Source of the DNA: Catajapyx aquilonaris
Taxonomy: Eukaryota
Length of the DNA stretch: 64,000 nt
Assembly (NCBI GenBank): GCA_000934665.2
Contig: KZ538480.1
Span: 1-64,000 of the forward strand
Direction: 5' to 3'
Positions 12,355 to 25,744 of the stretch are shown here, piece after piece; within the stretch, counting starts at the first letter, position 1, and each line of letters starts with the position of its first letter. The translations under genes and the position numbers were made by a program. The notes under the pieces were generated by a model. It ran no database searches. It was not told where the DNA came from and saw only the letters and a list, made by a program, of their open reading frames with translations.

Positions 12355-12985
12355 GGCTAAGTCCGTTCTGATTGGGGTAAATCCTTTCAAATTGGGGTAA
12401 GTCCGCTCAAGTTGGGGTAAGTCCGCTCATGTTGGGGTAAGTCCGTTCATGTTAGGGTAAGTCCGCTCATGTTAGGGTAAGTCCGCACAAGCTGGGGGGC
12501 ATGGTGATCGAGTGGCTATACTATCGGCCAGCCAAGCGGGGCGGGGTTCAAATCCCGCCCCTGTCCCCGTCACCTTCGTTGGTCGATTATTTTTCCGCTT
12601 TTCACCCGACATGTGCGGGCAGAATTGCACTACCTTCTCTGCCCAGGGCCAAGAAAAATGTATGGTATTTCAAGAGGGTATGAAATGACTGAAGGGTATT
12701 TAAGAGCGCCCTCCCTTGGGAATCTCCACATCCCTCCTAAAAGGGCCCACGGCCCTATCACTTTTTAAAAAAAAGTTCTCACAAACTGGGACAAGTCCGC
12801 TCAGATTGGGGCAATTCCGTTCAACTTGGGGCAAGTCCGTTCAAATTCGGGTAAGTCCGCTCAGGTTGGGGTAAGTCCGTTCAAACGGGGAAATCCGCTT
12901 AGGTAGGGGTTAATAGTCTCAGGCTGGGGTAATTCCGCACAAGTTCGGGAAAATCCGCTTAAGTTGGGGTAAGTCCGATTAGAGA
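12355..12985. repeat. ~20-bp minisatellite (TTGGGGTAAGTCCGCTCA-like) split by a SINE
   Basis: Tandem units at ~12355-12495 and ~12780-12985. Confidence 0.85.
12498..12775 (+). mobile_element. tRNA-derived SINE (head resembles tRNA-Gly GCC)
   Basis: A box TGATCGAGTGG (12505-12515), B box GGTTCAAATCC (12545-12555); head GCATGG...TCGGCCAGCCAAGCGGG resembles tRNA-Gly(GCC); A-rich end; cacaa(g/a)ctggg on both flanks is TSD-like. Confidence 0.65.
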
Positions 12986-13834
12986 CAGTCCAATTCCATT
13001 CAGTCCTCTTCTCACATTATTAACTTCCTTCGTGTTCCTACCATTGCCCTAGGACTGTCCACGTAGTACCATATTCTCACCTTCATCTCTTCACTATACT
13101 GCCACTATATATCAGGTCGTGCGAGGAGTATTCTACATCCATCCCGCTGAGCTGACAGAGGCACAGACTCAAGCTCAAATTATATTATGTCAAAGTAGAA
13201 CACCTGAACACTTTAAAGCTACAGGGTGCATGCAAAACCCTCATTGAAACCCTGCCCTACATTTAAAACCAGCTCCAGTTTATTTTCGGTTCCAACCGCC
13301 CATTAATTTCACCCTCCGTTTGACATCCCCCTGAAAAATGGAGGTCCTCATATGTGTGTGTGTCCGAGAGGGGACCCCAGGAGCGTGTAACTCGTAGTTT
13401 GCACGGTACTTGTGCACAGTGTCAGTGGTTATCATCCCGCACCGGGTGGTCCCATCCCAAAACGGGTGGAATGAACTCTGCACAAACATGCAACAAAGAA
13501 AGAAAGGAAAAAAACTCGCCTGCTTTTTCGATTAGCAAAATGTGCACGCTTCTAGTCCCACCAATAATGGGGGTCGTCCCCATTGTTGTTGTCACCACCT
13601 CCTTCCCCAACAACAATTTCAATATGGGTCATAAAGCCTTGCACTAAACATTATGAGAAAGATTGCGACATCATTGTAAATGTCTGGTAAATGTATTAGT
13701 TATTTTAGTAGTCATTTGGTTATAGGCCTACTATTAGTTATTCCGATCAGTCATTTGGTTATTTTTGGTAGTTGTCAATTTATTTTTGTTTTTTAGTTAG
13801 CTATTTTTATTGGTTATTTACATATGTTAGCCAT

Positions 13835-14168
13835 TTTAGTTGTTTATTTAGTTATTGAGAACTGTTATTTTGTTTGTTGTTTATTTAGTTATTGAGAACT
13901 GTTATTTTGTTTGTTGTTTATTTAGTTATTTAGAACTGTTATTTTGTTAGTTGTTTATTTAGTTATTTAGAACTGTTATTTTGTTAGTTGTTTATTTAGT
14001 TATTTAGAACTGTTATTTTGTTAGTTGTTTATTTAGTTATTTAGAACTGTTATTTTGTTAGTTGTGTATTTAGTTATTTAGAACTGTTATTTTGTTAGTT
14101 GTTTATTTAGTTATTTAGAACTGTTATTTTGTTAGTTGTTTATTTAGTTATTTAGAACTGTTATTTTT
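13835..14168. repeat. 37-bp minisatellite, ~9 copies, within a TAGTT-rich island (~13690-14450)
   Basis: gaactg recurs every 37 bp from 13859 to 14155. Confidence 0.95.
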
Positions 14169-17100
14169 GAGTTTTGAGTAATTTTAGGTAAATAACCAAC
14201 CCAAATAATTAAACAACAAACTAATATAAATATTAGTTGTTTAATTATTCGAGTAATTTTAGTTAAATAACCAGCTCAAATAATTAAACAACAAACTAAT
14301 ATATTTTTTAGTTGGTTGTTTTAGTTATTTAGCCATTTAGTTATTTCAGTTAGCTATTGTAGTTATATATTCGGTTGTTTTAGTTATCTGGTTAGTTGTT
14401 TAGTGTTTCAATTAGTTATTTAGTAAGTTATTAGTTGCTATTAGAGATGATTGCTGCTTCGGGAGCCATTTTGAATCCGCACACAAAACAAAAACCACAT
14501 CAGAAAAATCCGATTCATTTTCCCCTATACTAACTGGCATGGATGGAATATTTAGCCAGTGCAAACACATATCGAGCATACGTTAGTCAAACACGGATGT
14601 CATTTAGCGCTTTCTGCCCGTCGCTGCGGAATGTTTGATGAGACCATAGGAAACTGACAAATGCCCGACGGTGTTAAGCCTATAGGAGGCCCCCGGAATT
14701 CCATATAGGAAAAGGTAGGTTTTTTAAAATATAGATTCAGAGAGTGCGGATGTAACTGGTGTAACCTTGTGGAAAATGAAGGGAAAATCCTTTTGCCGAA
14801 AACCGGCGGGCGGCCTCCATTCATTCATTTTGGCACCCCCGAGGAAATCATACCGATCCCTTTTCATATTTTTGGCTCTCTTTTTAAGGCCTCGATATCC
14901 AGTTGGGCTATACGTTCAATATCTTTCAGTTGCAAGGGTATTCGGAAGGTCCTTTACTTAGAGGTTCCATATCCACTAACAAGTTGTGACCATTAATTTA
15001 TTTTATCTTGCAATATCTTATTAGGTTGCTTAATTTTAGTTACTTGTTAGAGGTATTAGTGCATTATCGGTATTATATCGCTCTATTTTTATTTTACAAT
15101 TTTTCATTGCTCAAATATTTATTATTTTCTAGTTCACTTAATATTTATTTGTTTGTTTATTTATTACTTATTTTTGTTTACTTTATTGTTTATTTCTGGC
15201 TTATTTATTATTTGTTATTTATCTCATTTATTCCTTGTTTATTTGTTATTCTTTATTTATCTCATTCCTTGTTCATTATTCCTTATTTATCTAATTTATT
15301 TCTTGTTTATTTATTTTTGTTTTGTTTGTTTATTTATTTAACTTATAGTAGGTATATTTGTTATTGTTTATATTATGGATGATTTAATTCATTATTTTTC
15401 TTGTTTGATTTATTGTGCATGTTATTCAATACAATTATCTTCATACAGTACTTTGTTTTCTGCATTATTATTAATTTGTAATATATTATTGGGTGTAATT
15501 TTCGTTCCACTGCTAGATACTGCTAAGTTAGCAATATTTAGCAGTGGGACGAAAATTCGACACATGGTATTTATTCTTCTGCTTCTTTACTTGTGTCATT
15601 TACTCATGTAATAATGTTAATCGTGGCATTAATACACTCATGTAATAGACCTTATTGCTCTTTATAGGAGACATTACACTGTTGTTCAACCGACGCAATC
15701 CAGCAGGAAACGTGAGTTAAATAGTTTAAATGGTGCTAATTCAGGTTCGCCTAAACGTGTCTTTCTTGATGATTAACTAACCCATGATTTAACCGGACGT
15801 CACACCAAACCCAGAACCAGCATTCCTCATCCGACATTTACCAAGCCCGATGCGATGCATTAAAAGGCAGGAGGCAACTCATGTTTTACAAAACTGTTTC
15901 ACCTGTGTTCCCTGTTTCATTGGATGTTTCTCTATGGTTTAGAACATATAGCATGAACCGCCCTGCAGTAAAGCTCCTGCCAACAGCTTTTCATCGCGGT
16001 TGGTTTCAACCCGTCACGATCCAATCAGCTACAGTAGCCTTCCTCTCATCATAACTTTTCCTTCTCAATTTATACCCATCATCATTCTGATCATCAAGTG
16101 TCGAAAGTTTCTCATAAACAACTTTCTGCTCCTGATGAAGGGGGTATGACCTCCTTTTAAATTTTCTAATCTTCATTTCCACTCCAATTATATATCAAAC
16201 ATTATGTAGTACCGTATGCCTCACATACATGGCGCTCTCTTGCAAGTCTTCCCCCCTTTTTCCCCCGAAAATATACGACCCATTTTGAGGTTGCTTCGTT
16301 GGAAAACTCCTTGCATATTTCACCTCCGTCTCTCAGGCTCAGAATTATTATTCATAGGCCCAGCTGGCCCTGGCAATAGAGGGCGTTGAGGTAGCGGAGG
16401 GAAAGAGGGGGCCGGAGGGGTGCATCAATCAGGGTAGCCAACGTTAATCTCAACCCTATTTTCGACCACGCATTTCTTCAGAAAATTTGGGAAGAAATTA
16501 GCGGGTTTTTTTTTTAGCTGACAGTATGCTTTAGTTTTAGGGTTTTAACAAGTTAGTTTTTTTTGAGAAGGGTTGGAATTAATGTAGGAGGAGGTTAGTG
16601 GGAATTAGTGCGGGAATATGTGGGTAATTAAGATTGACTTTAATTACTTGTATATATTCGATTGCTTATTATGTAAAATATTTATTTATTTATTCTTGTA
16701 ATTTGTACGTTAGTAATCAATTTGTGTTATTTATGAATTAATTCATTTGTGTTATTTATGAATTAATTCATTTGTGTTACAAATTAATTCATTGTCGTTG
16801 TTTGTATACATTGTTTCAATAATTTTTGTAATTTGTAAGTTATTTTGATTTTTTGTAAATTTTATTTATTTACGTCACCTGGATTACCAGTCCTTTACGG
16901 AGACAGGATAAGTTGCTTCTAATCAAATAGTTATTTTCTAAGCGATAAAAATAACAGTGTCTAAAATTAGCTAGCCTGACATTTTCTATTTAATTTTAAT
17001 AGCTGCAGGTGCATTGCATGCAGGTTACATACTATAGAGCGAAATCAATATTATCGCGTTACACTTCGAAATTGCTGAAGCAATTATTGGAACCCTGCCA

Positions 17101-17636
17101 GCTACAATGAATATAAACATGTAATATCCCATGGACTGATGGATACTCTTTTGAACTTTTCCTCGCAAGTAAACAATGCCGGGTACAAAAAAAAAAGATT
17201 GCGCAATGCGTGTATATTGTAGTCAAAATCACAAAGGCGTATTATATATCCAGGACAAATAGATACTGTATGTTCAAATAGTGCTTATTTGCTCAATGTT
17301 GTTCCTGCAATCAAAAGCTGCACAATTTGTATAGCAGTAGAACTTTCCAAGTTCGGTTGCAATAAAATCTGTTCACTATTTTAGTAGCCAAATATACCTG
17401 GGGCATTCATTAGCTTAAATTTTTAATGATGTATGACCTGCTCTTTGCATTACGCCTTTATTATACATCCACTTTACGTGCTTACATCCTACTCCCTGTT
17501 TTTTTAAACTGCTTTTAGTGAAAGAGATGATTATAATTTTACCATTCTTATTAATAATTAATACCCGTTATCAGCCACCGGCTCTTTAGGAGGGGGAGTT
17601 TGTTTTGCCTTGAACTCTTTGCTTTTCATTTTACTT

Positions 17637-17813
17637 GGGATAGGATAGGGACGGAAGGAAGCGGCTGTGGCCTATTAATTACGGAAGCAACTCCGGAATT
17701 TTTCTGGAATGACCGTTGGGAAACCACGTCAGAGTTGCCAGCCCCGGGATTTGATCCCAGGACCTCCCGATTAGCAGTCGGACACAATATCCCCTCCTCC
17801 AAACTGCTTCGGT
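17637..17813 (-). mobile_element. tRNA-derived SINE, same family as the 49235 copy
   Basis: Reverse complement aligns with 49235-49416: accgaagcag..ttgg start, ggtcctggg(a/t)tc(a/g)a(a/t)tccc B box, and body gttgcttccgta..aataggccacagccgcttccttcc. Confidence 0.85.
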
Positions 17814-20094
17814 ACCATTCTTATTACATTACATTGTTATAGTTATTTATTGATGATTCACAATTCTGTGGATTATCAATAAATAACTATAGGCGCAGAT
17901 TTATTTTAACTAATGAACCGGTTGCCAAAATTTGGCAAAGTTATTATCAGTATGACAGTGACAATTAAACTAATTGAGATGGTCCACCAATATTTACCAA
18001 ATGGTACTTTTTCAGGCATAGATGGCCTGTAGACCCCGGCCACGCTCAGGTTGTGCGATAGATAGCGATACTATCAGAACGGACAAACATCCGACGGAGA
18101 GAATAAGCCTAATAGCCTACGGAAAAAGGTTTTTTAAATTCCTTTGCGCTGAAATTTATCATTTTAATGTGCTATTTTGTTAATTGCACTTTTAACATTT
18201 ATTTACATTTATTCTGTCATATTGTTTAAGTAATTCCTGATGTCATTAATTAATTATATGATTACTTATAATGGTTATATTTGCTTTTTATTTGTTTACA
18301 CTTTTCTATTTATTTATCTGCAGTTGTATACTACATCAGTAGTTTATTTTTAATTTTTTGCGCTATTGAGAGTATTTTATGCTTATTTTTATTATTTTTA
18401 TTATTCCATATTATTTATGTTACCTTATATGCTATTTTTATTATTTCATATTATTTGTATTTATTTTATTTTTATTTTATTTATTTTACTTTTATTTTTA
18501 TTTTTTATTTTTTCATTATTTTTGTAATTTGTAAAATTCTTTTAAAAAGCTCTTTAAATTCTTTCTCTAGTATTTATAATATTTGTATTTTCATTTTTTA
18601 TGTACAGCATATTAATTTAATTTTAATTTTAAGTCATTTTGACATCTCTAGTGACATTATTATTATTTTACGTTCACGTTTATTCGTATACATTTATTTT
18701 TCTGTGCATTTTTAATAATAATTACGTGATTTACCAAACACTCACCAACAACAAAGATAGGCGTAATTAACTTTTCATTTTGCAAAAAAAAAAAAAACCA
18801 GTGGTTTATAAAAGTGTAAGGCAATAAAACCAGGGTTGAAAAGGGCTCATCCGGGCATTCTACGGGCTTTAATTAGGGCTCGTATCCAAATGAGGATTGG
18901 AGATGGGGTTCCACTCAAGAGTCCTTGTCATATGCAGATTGAACTGGCCCGCGTGTGTCAATGATTCAAGTACAGTACAACACTCATAACCTGCCTGGTA
19001 CACTGCCAGGCGACCAAATCGCGCGTGGTCCAAGCGGCCAGTTTCAAATGTTATGGTCCCCACAGAGAAGATGTTAATGTCCAGGGGGTATATGGGACGG
19101 GGTGTTCAAGCTTTGCCCCCAAAATGGATGGCATAACCTGCTGACGCCTATAAATGCGCCGGTGAATAGTCCTCTCGAATTACGACGCCCCCAGTACTTT
19201 GTGGTCCAGCATCATTTATAGCCTCCCAAAATTTCGAGCCATATTTCCAACACTACCTGGAAATGAGTAAGGTAGCAGATCTGACAGGTATGTGAGTAAC
19301 GTCAATTCCAATTCTATTGGATCAATCGGTAACGAAATTCTTTTCCTCTCCTTCCTCAAGGCTAGGACCTAAATCCGGTTATAGAGGACCGAGTCTTTCC
19401 TTCTCTCCTCTTTTGGAATCCATTTGTCTTATTTCTACCCCCCAAAAATCGAATGTGGACAACAAAAGTTTCACACTACCATTTTTAGTGCCGTAGAAAT
19501 TTTATACGAGCGCGCACCACAGTTCGCGCAGATTACACGGTTGGAATTATCAATGATATCTGGTAACCCCACTACAGGTAAATAAGCTCTGCATATATTT
19601 CCAACACTACACCTGGGGGTTCATATGTAGTTCGGACACATTGTTGGGAGAAAAAATCTGCTAATAATGTCGATCAGTGATAATGAAGCATACCCGCAAT
19701 TAAGTATTCCATCTGCATTGCCCCCCCCTCCCCTCAGTTTAAATCAATAATTGTGTGACGTATTGGCGCAATAAACTTGGCCCGGGTTTGAAATATTCAT
19801 GCAGCTAATACTTGTCAAGTGTGCTTTACCTCGCCAAGAACAATATGGCTATTGACGCTAATAGTATTAGCTACGGCCTCTCCCTCCCACCCACCCACTC
19901 GAACAGGCTTTACCTGACAGGATTCGCCCCTACAGGTTCCCATAATGTTGCGGACATGCTTGGAGGTTGAATTAATGGGAGGAGTTGCCAGCCACAGTCC
20001 ACACTATCCTCCTGGCAACTGTGGTTGTCAACTGTTCAGATCAATCTTCGAAGGCGCAGACATAACTATTATTGCAACTATCTTATTTTTGCAA

Positions 20095-20810
20095 CTATTA
20101 TTGTTTGGTACCAATTAAGATTATAACCATTGTTGTAACTATTATATACAATATAACTATTATGAATATTTTAAATGTTACTTATAACAATTAGCCGCAT
20201 GTTTATAACTATTATATACAATATAACTAATATATACAATATAACTATTATGATTATTTCAACTGTTACTTATAACAATTAGCCGTAAGTTATAACTATT
20301 ATATAGGCTACAATATAACTTATGAATATTTTGACTGTTACTTATAACAATTAGCCGTGTGTTTATAGCTGTTATATACAATACAGGGTGGTCCAAGTTC
20401 AAGTGTCGTTTTATAACGGCGATTTATAGAAGCACTTAACGATGACGTAGCAGCGACGTGTAAAATTGCCGAAATTGCCCACTTCGATGGCGCCGAAGAT
20501 GCGCCGAAGTGGGACATTTTACGCGTCGCTGCTACGTCATCGAAAAATCACTGCTATTAATCGCCGTTATAAAACGACACTTGAACTTGCACCACCCTGT
20601 ATAACTATTATGAATATTTTAAATGTTGCTTATAACAATTAGCCGTATGTTTATAACTATTATATACAATATAACTATTATGAATATTTTAAATGTTGCT
20701 TATAACATTTAGCCGTATGTTTATAACCATTATATACAGTATAACTATTATGAATATTTTAACTTATAACAATTAGCCTTGTTACAACAACTACTACACA
20801 ACATAACTTA
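20095..20810. repeat. ~70-bp AT-rich minisatellite interrupted by a MITE
   Basis: Unit ~tataactattatatacaatataactattatgaatattttaaatgttacttataacaattagccgtatgtt. Confidence 0.9.
20384..20599. mobile_element. Tc1/mariner-type MITE (216 bp), almost fully palindromic
   Basis: TA|CAGGGTGGT(C/G)CAAGTTCAAGTGTCGTTTTATAACGGCGATT inverted at both ends; TA duplication confirmed by the empty-site unit tatacaatataactat in neighbouring repeats. Confidence 0.92.
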
Positions 20811-21670
20811 TACATATTTAACGGCTACGCTGTTGTAACCAGAGACCCCGCACTTTTACCTGCTCTCCTATAGGCGTGTATCCGCTGAAGGATAAGCGTG
20901 TATCCGTCGGGAAGGAAGTAGATGGGGATGGGGTAGGTTGGTTCAGCTTTGGATAAGTTATATTATCATAACTATTATATAATAACCTTGACTTTTTACT
21001 GCTATATTAGCTATTTTATCACTGAAATCGCTCCGAATTGTAGCTAATTAGAGAACAACTATTTCCTAACAATCGATATCTCAGCTTCAAAAAAAAAATG
21101 TAGCCTTGTTGATGGCCTAGTGGCTTATGATGGGTGGAATTTTAAACGCGTTGTTGGCACGCCAATCTGCAGTATTTAATTAAAGGACGCGCAAGAATGC
21201 AAGGAGGGGTTAGATTGATTACCCATCCAAACAAAATTTTAGGGAGGAGAGGGGGGGGGGGTGGTCTCGAAAGGAGTTAAACCCCCCTTCTCTCCCTTGG
21301 TTTTAAATTGAAGGAGCAGGGAGTGCGATTAGTACGGTGCAACTTTGCCCATCCTTTCTGCAGATAAAAAACAACAACAAAAAAAAGAAGAGCGTAAGTT
21401 GATTTATACTCTGGAGTATTTATTACCCCGTGCAGAGAAGTTTGTGTCCGGACCAAAGTATGTAGGCACCAGTACAAAGGGAAAGGTGCGATTGTTGAGA
21501 GGAGTCGAAGCGTTGCGTCGTAACACGTGTGGGTTACCGGTCATTTGTCGTTCCTGAGACAATCGCAGTTATTTTTAGGATGTTTGGGCAACAGTCCAGA
21601 GTTACTAGCTAGAAGACTGTTATGTGTAATATGAACTCATTCAAAATGTATTTAACGCAATTTTATTGGA

Positions 21671-21705
21671 CTGGACAAACAAACAAACTTTGTCTTATAT
21701 AGACA
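21671..21705 (-). mobile_element. Helitron-like 5' stub
   Basis: Minus strand TCTATATATAAGACAAAGTTTGTTTGTTTGTCCAG; similar stubs at 22497-22549 (-), 32871-32910 (+) and 45591 (+). Confidence 0.5.
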
Positions 21706-21761
21706 TATACTGAAAATTTTGACTGTTACATTATTTAACTGTCATTTTTATAACTGATACA

Positions 21762-21962
21762 CAGGGTGTTCTAAGGTTGTGGCGGTCGTTTGATTTATCA
21801 CTAATATGGCTAAAGTAGTAATTTTTGTGTAGCTTGTACCTCAGTACTATCGCGTGGTTTAATGTAGCGGTGGCTATAGAATAGGGCAGCTGGTTAGGGC
21901 GAAACAAGCTACAAAAAATGCCAGCTTTGAGTGAAAAGGCCCCACGAACTTGGAACACCATG
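21762..21962. mobile_element. Decayed Tc1/mariner-type MITE (~200 bp)
   Basis: CAGGGTGTTCTAAG ... CTTGGAACACCATG imperfect TIRs; flanks read CA/TG rather than TA; host repeat ttatttaactg occurs on both sides. Confidence 0.55.
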
Positions 21963-21974
21963 TGTGTTATCTAA

Positions 21975-22410
21975 CTAATATATTAACTGAAATATTATTT
22001 AACTGAAATATTAACTGAAATATTATTTAACTGAAATATTAACTGAAATATTATTTAACTGAAATATTATTTAACTGAAGTATTATTTAACTGAAGTATT
22101 ATTTAACTAAAATATTATTTAACTGAAGTATTATTTAACTAAAATATTATTTAACTAAAATATTATTTAACTGAAGTATTAACTGAAATATTAACTGAAA
22201 TATTATTTAACTAAAATATTATTTAACTAAAATATTAACTGAAATATTATTTAACTAAAATATTATTTAACTGAAGTATTAACTGAAATATTATTTAACT
22301 AAAATATTATTTAACTGAAGTATTAACTGAAGTATTAACTAAAATATTATTTAACTAAAATATTATTTAACTAAAATATTACTTAACTGAAATATTAACT
22401 GAAATATTAT
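21975..22410. repeat. Mixed 12/16-bp minisatellite (AACTGAAATATT[ATTT])
   Basis: Tandem aact(g/a)aa(a/g)tatt with or without attt. Confidence 0.95.
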
Positions 22411-22496
22411 CTCGCTGTTATATTAAGTTGTTACAATAATTATATATATATATATATATTATTTAGTCTTGTTTATTTTATTTTCCTTTTTCAAAT

Positions 22497-22549
22497 CTGG
22501 ACAAACAACAACAAACAAACTTGCCTTTATATAATTATACGTAGATAGA
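22497..22549 (-). mobile_element. Helitron-like 5' stub
   Basis: Minus strand a|tctatctacgtataattatataaaggcaagtttgtttgttgttgtttgtccag. Confidence 0.5.
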
Positions 22550-25500
22550 TTCATGATGAACTTGGGGGCCATTAAACCCCCCAAACTTCAGCTTTCCACC
22601 TGGCATCCACACTCCCAACCTATTCGCAGTCCATACAAATTATCCCCTGTTTGATTATAACTCCTTTACAAACTTTGTCGCCAAGTCCAACCAGCCCTTT
22701 TTCTTTGCCCAAAAAATAGGGGAAAAAGGAAATTTGGGCATATCCATATCCTCTTCCAAGTATAATTTGAATCCTGAACCTTCCCAACTCCGGAGTTCCG
22801 CCTCATCACACACTATTGCATGAAACCATCTCTCTCATAGACCACCCCACCACTTGACATAGTCTCTCTCTCTCTACTAGTACCACCCCCTCTCTCTCTC
22901 CCACCCCCCTTTCCATACCACCAAATGTCGCTAACTTTCCTTAATCTGGTTTCTGGGCCAGAGCCCGGAATATGCAATCAGTTGGCAAGCGTGTCGGCCC
23001 TCGGCATTTTCAACCTTTGACTTCGGGAGGCACTTCTCTTGCCGCCCGACCTAACCTCATTGTCTTGCGAAACCATGAAGTAGTTGCCTGCAATCTAATT
23101 CCTTAGCCCCTCTAGAAGCGGGGAGAGGCATAATAAAAATAAGAAGAAGAAAGAAGGAGGGGGAAGGAGGGGGGGAAAAAAAGAAAAGAAAAAGATGGAG
23201 ATTAGGCAAAACCGGACAAGGCAAAATTTACGCCCTCCTGAAACACTTTGCGGAGAACGTGGTCTTGCTCTGCTCATTTTCTAGGAACCGGGAGCTGGGG
23301 AGTTTAGGAGGAAAAAAATGTACAGGGTGTGTCGTCGTGTACGGGTTTGAAGTAATTTGGAATATTCCCAGATCATCTAATTGCTTTAATCCTGTTTTAC
23401 ACCTTTTCCACTGGCGGTGGTATTAATCGCAATCAAATGAATTCGATTTAAATTTTATAAGTTCAACTGGTTGATATTAAATAGTAGTTTTTATCTTTTT
23501 GTTAATTATCTGTTTGTATAGCCTATATTATTATATATGATTTATTTCATCTTATTCGCTTTATTAGTTATTTTAATGGTGTGTCTTATTTTTATTGTTT
23601 TATTTTGTAGTTTTTTGTTCGTGATATACTTATTTTTATTTTCTTATAATACTACTGCAAAACTTTAACATTTTGGGCTATTATATTCCGTTGTTTATTT
23701 TGCGTTGTTTATGATTAGATTCGATTTATTTCTTTGTGAATTTATTTGATTTGATTTGATTTATTTTAATTCATTTTATTTCATTTTTATTTTATTAATT
23801 ACTAATCTATTTCATTTCATTTTGTTTATTATTTTATTTTATTAATTTTATTAATTATATTATTAACTATATTAATTATATTAATTATTTTATTACTTAT
23901 ATTAATTATTTTATTAATTATATTTATTATTTTATTTTATTAATTATTTTATTTTATTAATAACTAACCTACTTCATTAATTTTCATTTTATGTATTATT
24001 TTACTTTATTAATAACTAATCTATTTTACTTTATTAATAACAAATCTATTTTATTTTAGTAATAAAATAAGAAATATTTCTTATTTTATTACTTGTTTAG
24101 TTATTTTTTATTTTATTACTTGTTTAGTTATTTCTTATTTTATTACTTATTTAGTTATTTCTTGTTTTATTACTTATTTTTCTGTTTATTTCTGGTGACC
24201 TTTGCTGGATCATAATATTAAGTCCGGAACCAGATTTAAGAGCCAACCCCCTCCCCCCCAACTTGCGCAATTTACGACACCCCCTGTACATTCCCCAGAC
24301 TGCGAAGAAAATGAAACTCCGGGTTTTTTTGCGGTTGACTCTCCGGGTCTTTATCCGGGACCTCCCACTGTAAAGCTCGTCAAGAGAAAAAACCCGTTTT
24401 TTTGTGTTTTTTTTGTTAGGACTGTCCTGTACGTTCTCCCCATCCCCACTACTACTGTCCCCCTCTCCGTTATTAAAAGGGCCAGTGTCCGGCCAACTGG
24501 CCGGTAGCAATGCGGTTTTGGGAAAAGTGTCTGGTATCATTAGAGACCATTACCGGTACTGCTTGCACGCGTCCAGGACTCCGAATCGCGGCTGAATTTT
24601 TTATGGGTATTTTCAGAGGCGGCGGCCGGAATGAGCCCTAGCCTCATATTAGAGAGAGCCAACATTCCCNCCCGCCCCCCCACACCCCACTTCGGAACTC
24701 TTTCATTTTATACTCTTGGCAACTACTGTTAGGACATCTATTGGGTCAGGGGGGAAAGGCCCGGTTATTAATTCAGGATTGGCTGCTTACAAGGTGATTC
24801 ATAACTATTTGCTGAGGGCAGCTGTTTTGGAGCAGTGATTCAGCCATCAGAATATAGCCTCAAGCTCAGATTTAAGGGACGGAGCCTCCTCAAAGATAAG
24901 CTAATAAGTTACAACTGATATATTAACTACAGGCTAATAAAATTATCAGACGAAATCAGTTGTTTACAACAAAAAATTAAGCAGCATTAATACTAGAGTC
25001 TAATAAGTTACAAATAGCATATACAATGTTACACCTACTGTAATACTGATATTACTAACAAAATAATGTGTTACAACTATAATATTGTAATTACAGGCTA
25101 ATGTTACAACTAATCGACTAATTTTAATCAAATAAAATTGCAAGTCAATAACTGTTATTTTAAAATTTTTCTCGTTTTTTCTTGTACTTACATTATAGTA
25201 TTACCAAGAGCTGGTGTTACTTATTGCGTATGATGAACTCCCCACATCCCACCGGTTGTTTCAAAACGAATGTCTCTCGCTTGTCTCCCCAGTCCCCCCC
25301 CCCCACCCCCGAGTCCTTCCAGAGAACAAGAGACACGTAAAAATGCTTGTTAGGAACAAGGGGGTGGGGAGGAGGGGAATGTCCCACGAGTAATTCACTT
25401 TGCAGGAATTTATCTCATTATGTCACTGCAAGGAAATGAAAAAGTCGGAAATCAATTTGAACTTCAACGAAAAAGCCCTGCTCAAGACAATCCTTTTCGT

Positions 25501-25744
25501 TTTTCGGAAGGGGGGTTCCCCCCCCCCNTCGTTTCGTTTTCGAGTTTTATTTTCTTCTTCTTTTTCTTTAAAAAAAGAACAAAAGGATCCTGTAATTGTA
25601 TTTACGGAAAGCGGGAGACTTTATCTCGAGAATGTTGACAATAGCACTGAATGTCGGAATTGGACAGAAAGCGGGTCCTCTTGTTGCCTTGGGGTGGGAT
25701 AGTGGAGAGGAAGGTGATAATATTCTGGATCGTGACAACGTACA

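Noticed and set aside
12495..12570. Functional tRNA gene
   Set aside because: D and anticodon stems pair poorly, the T loop has an extra base and no immediate poly-T terminator follows; treated as a SINE head.
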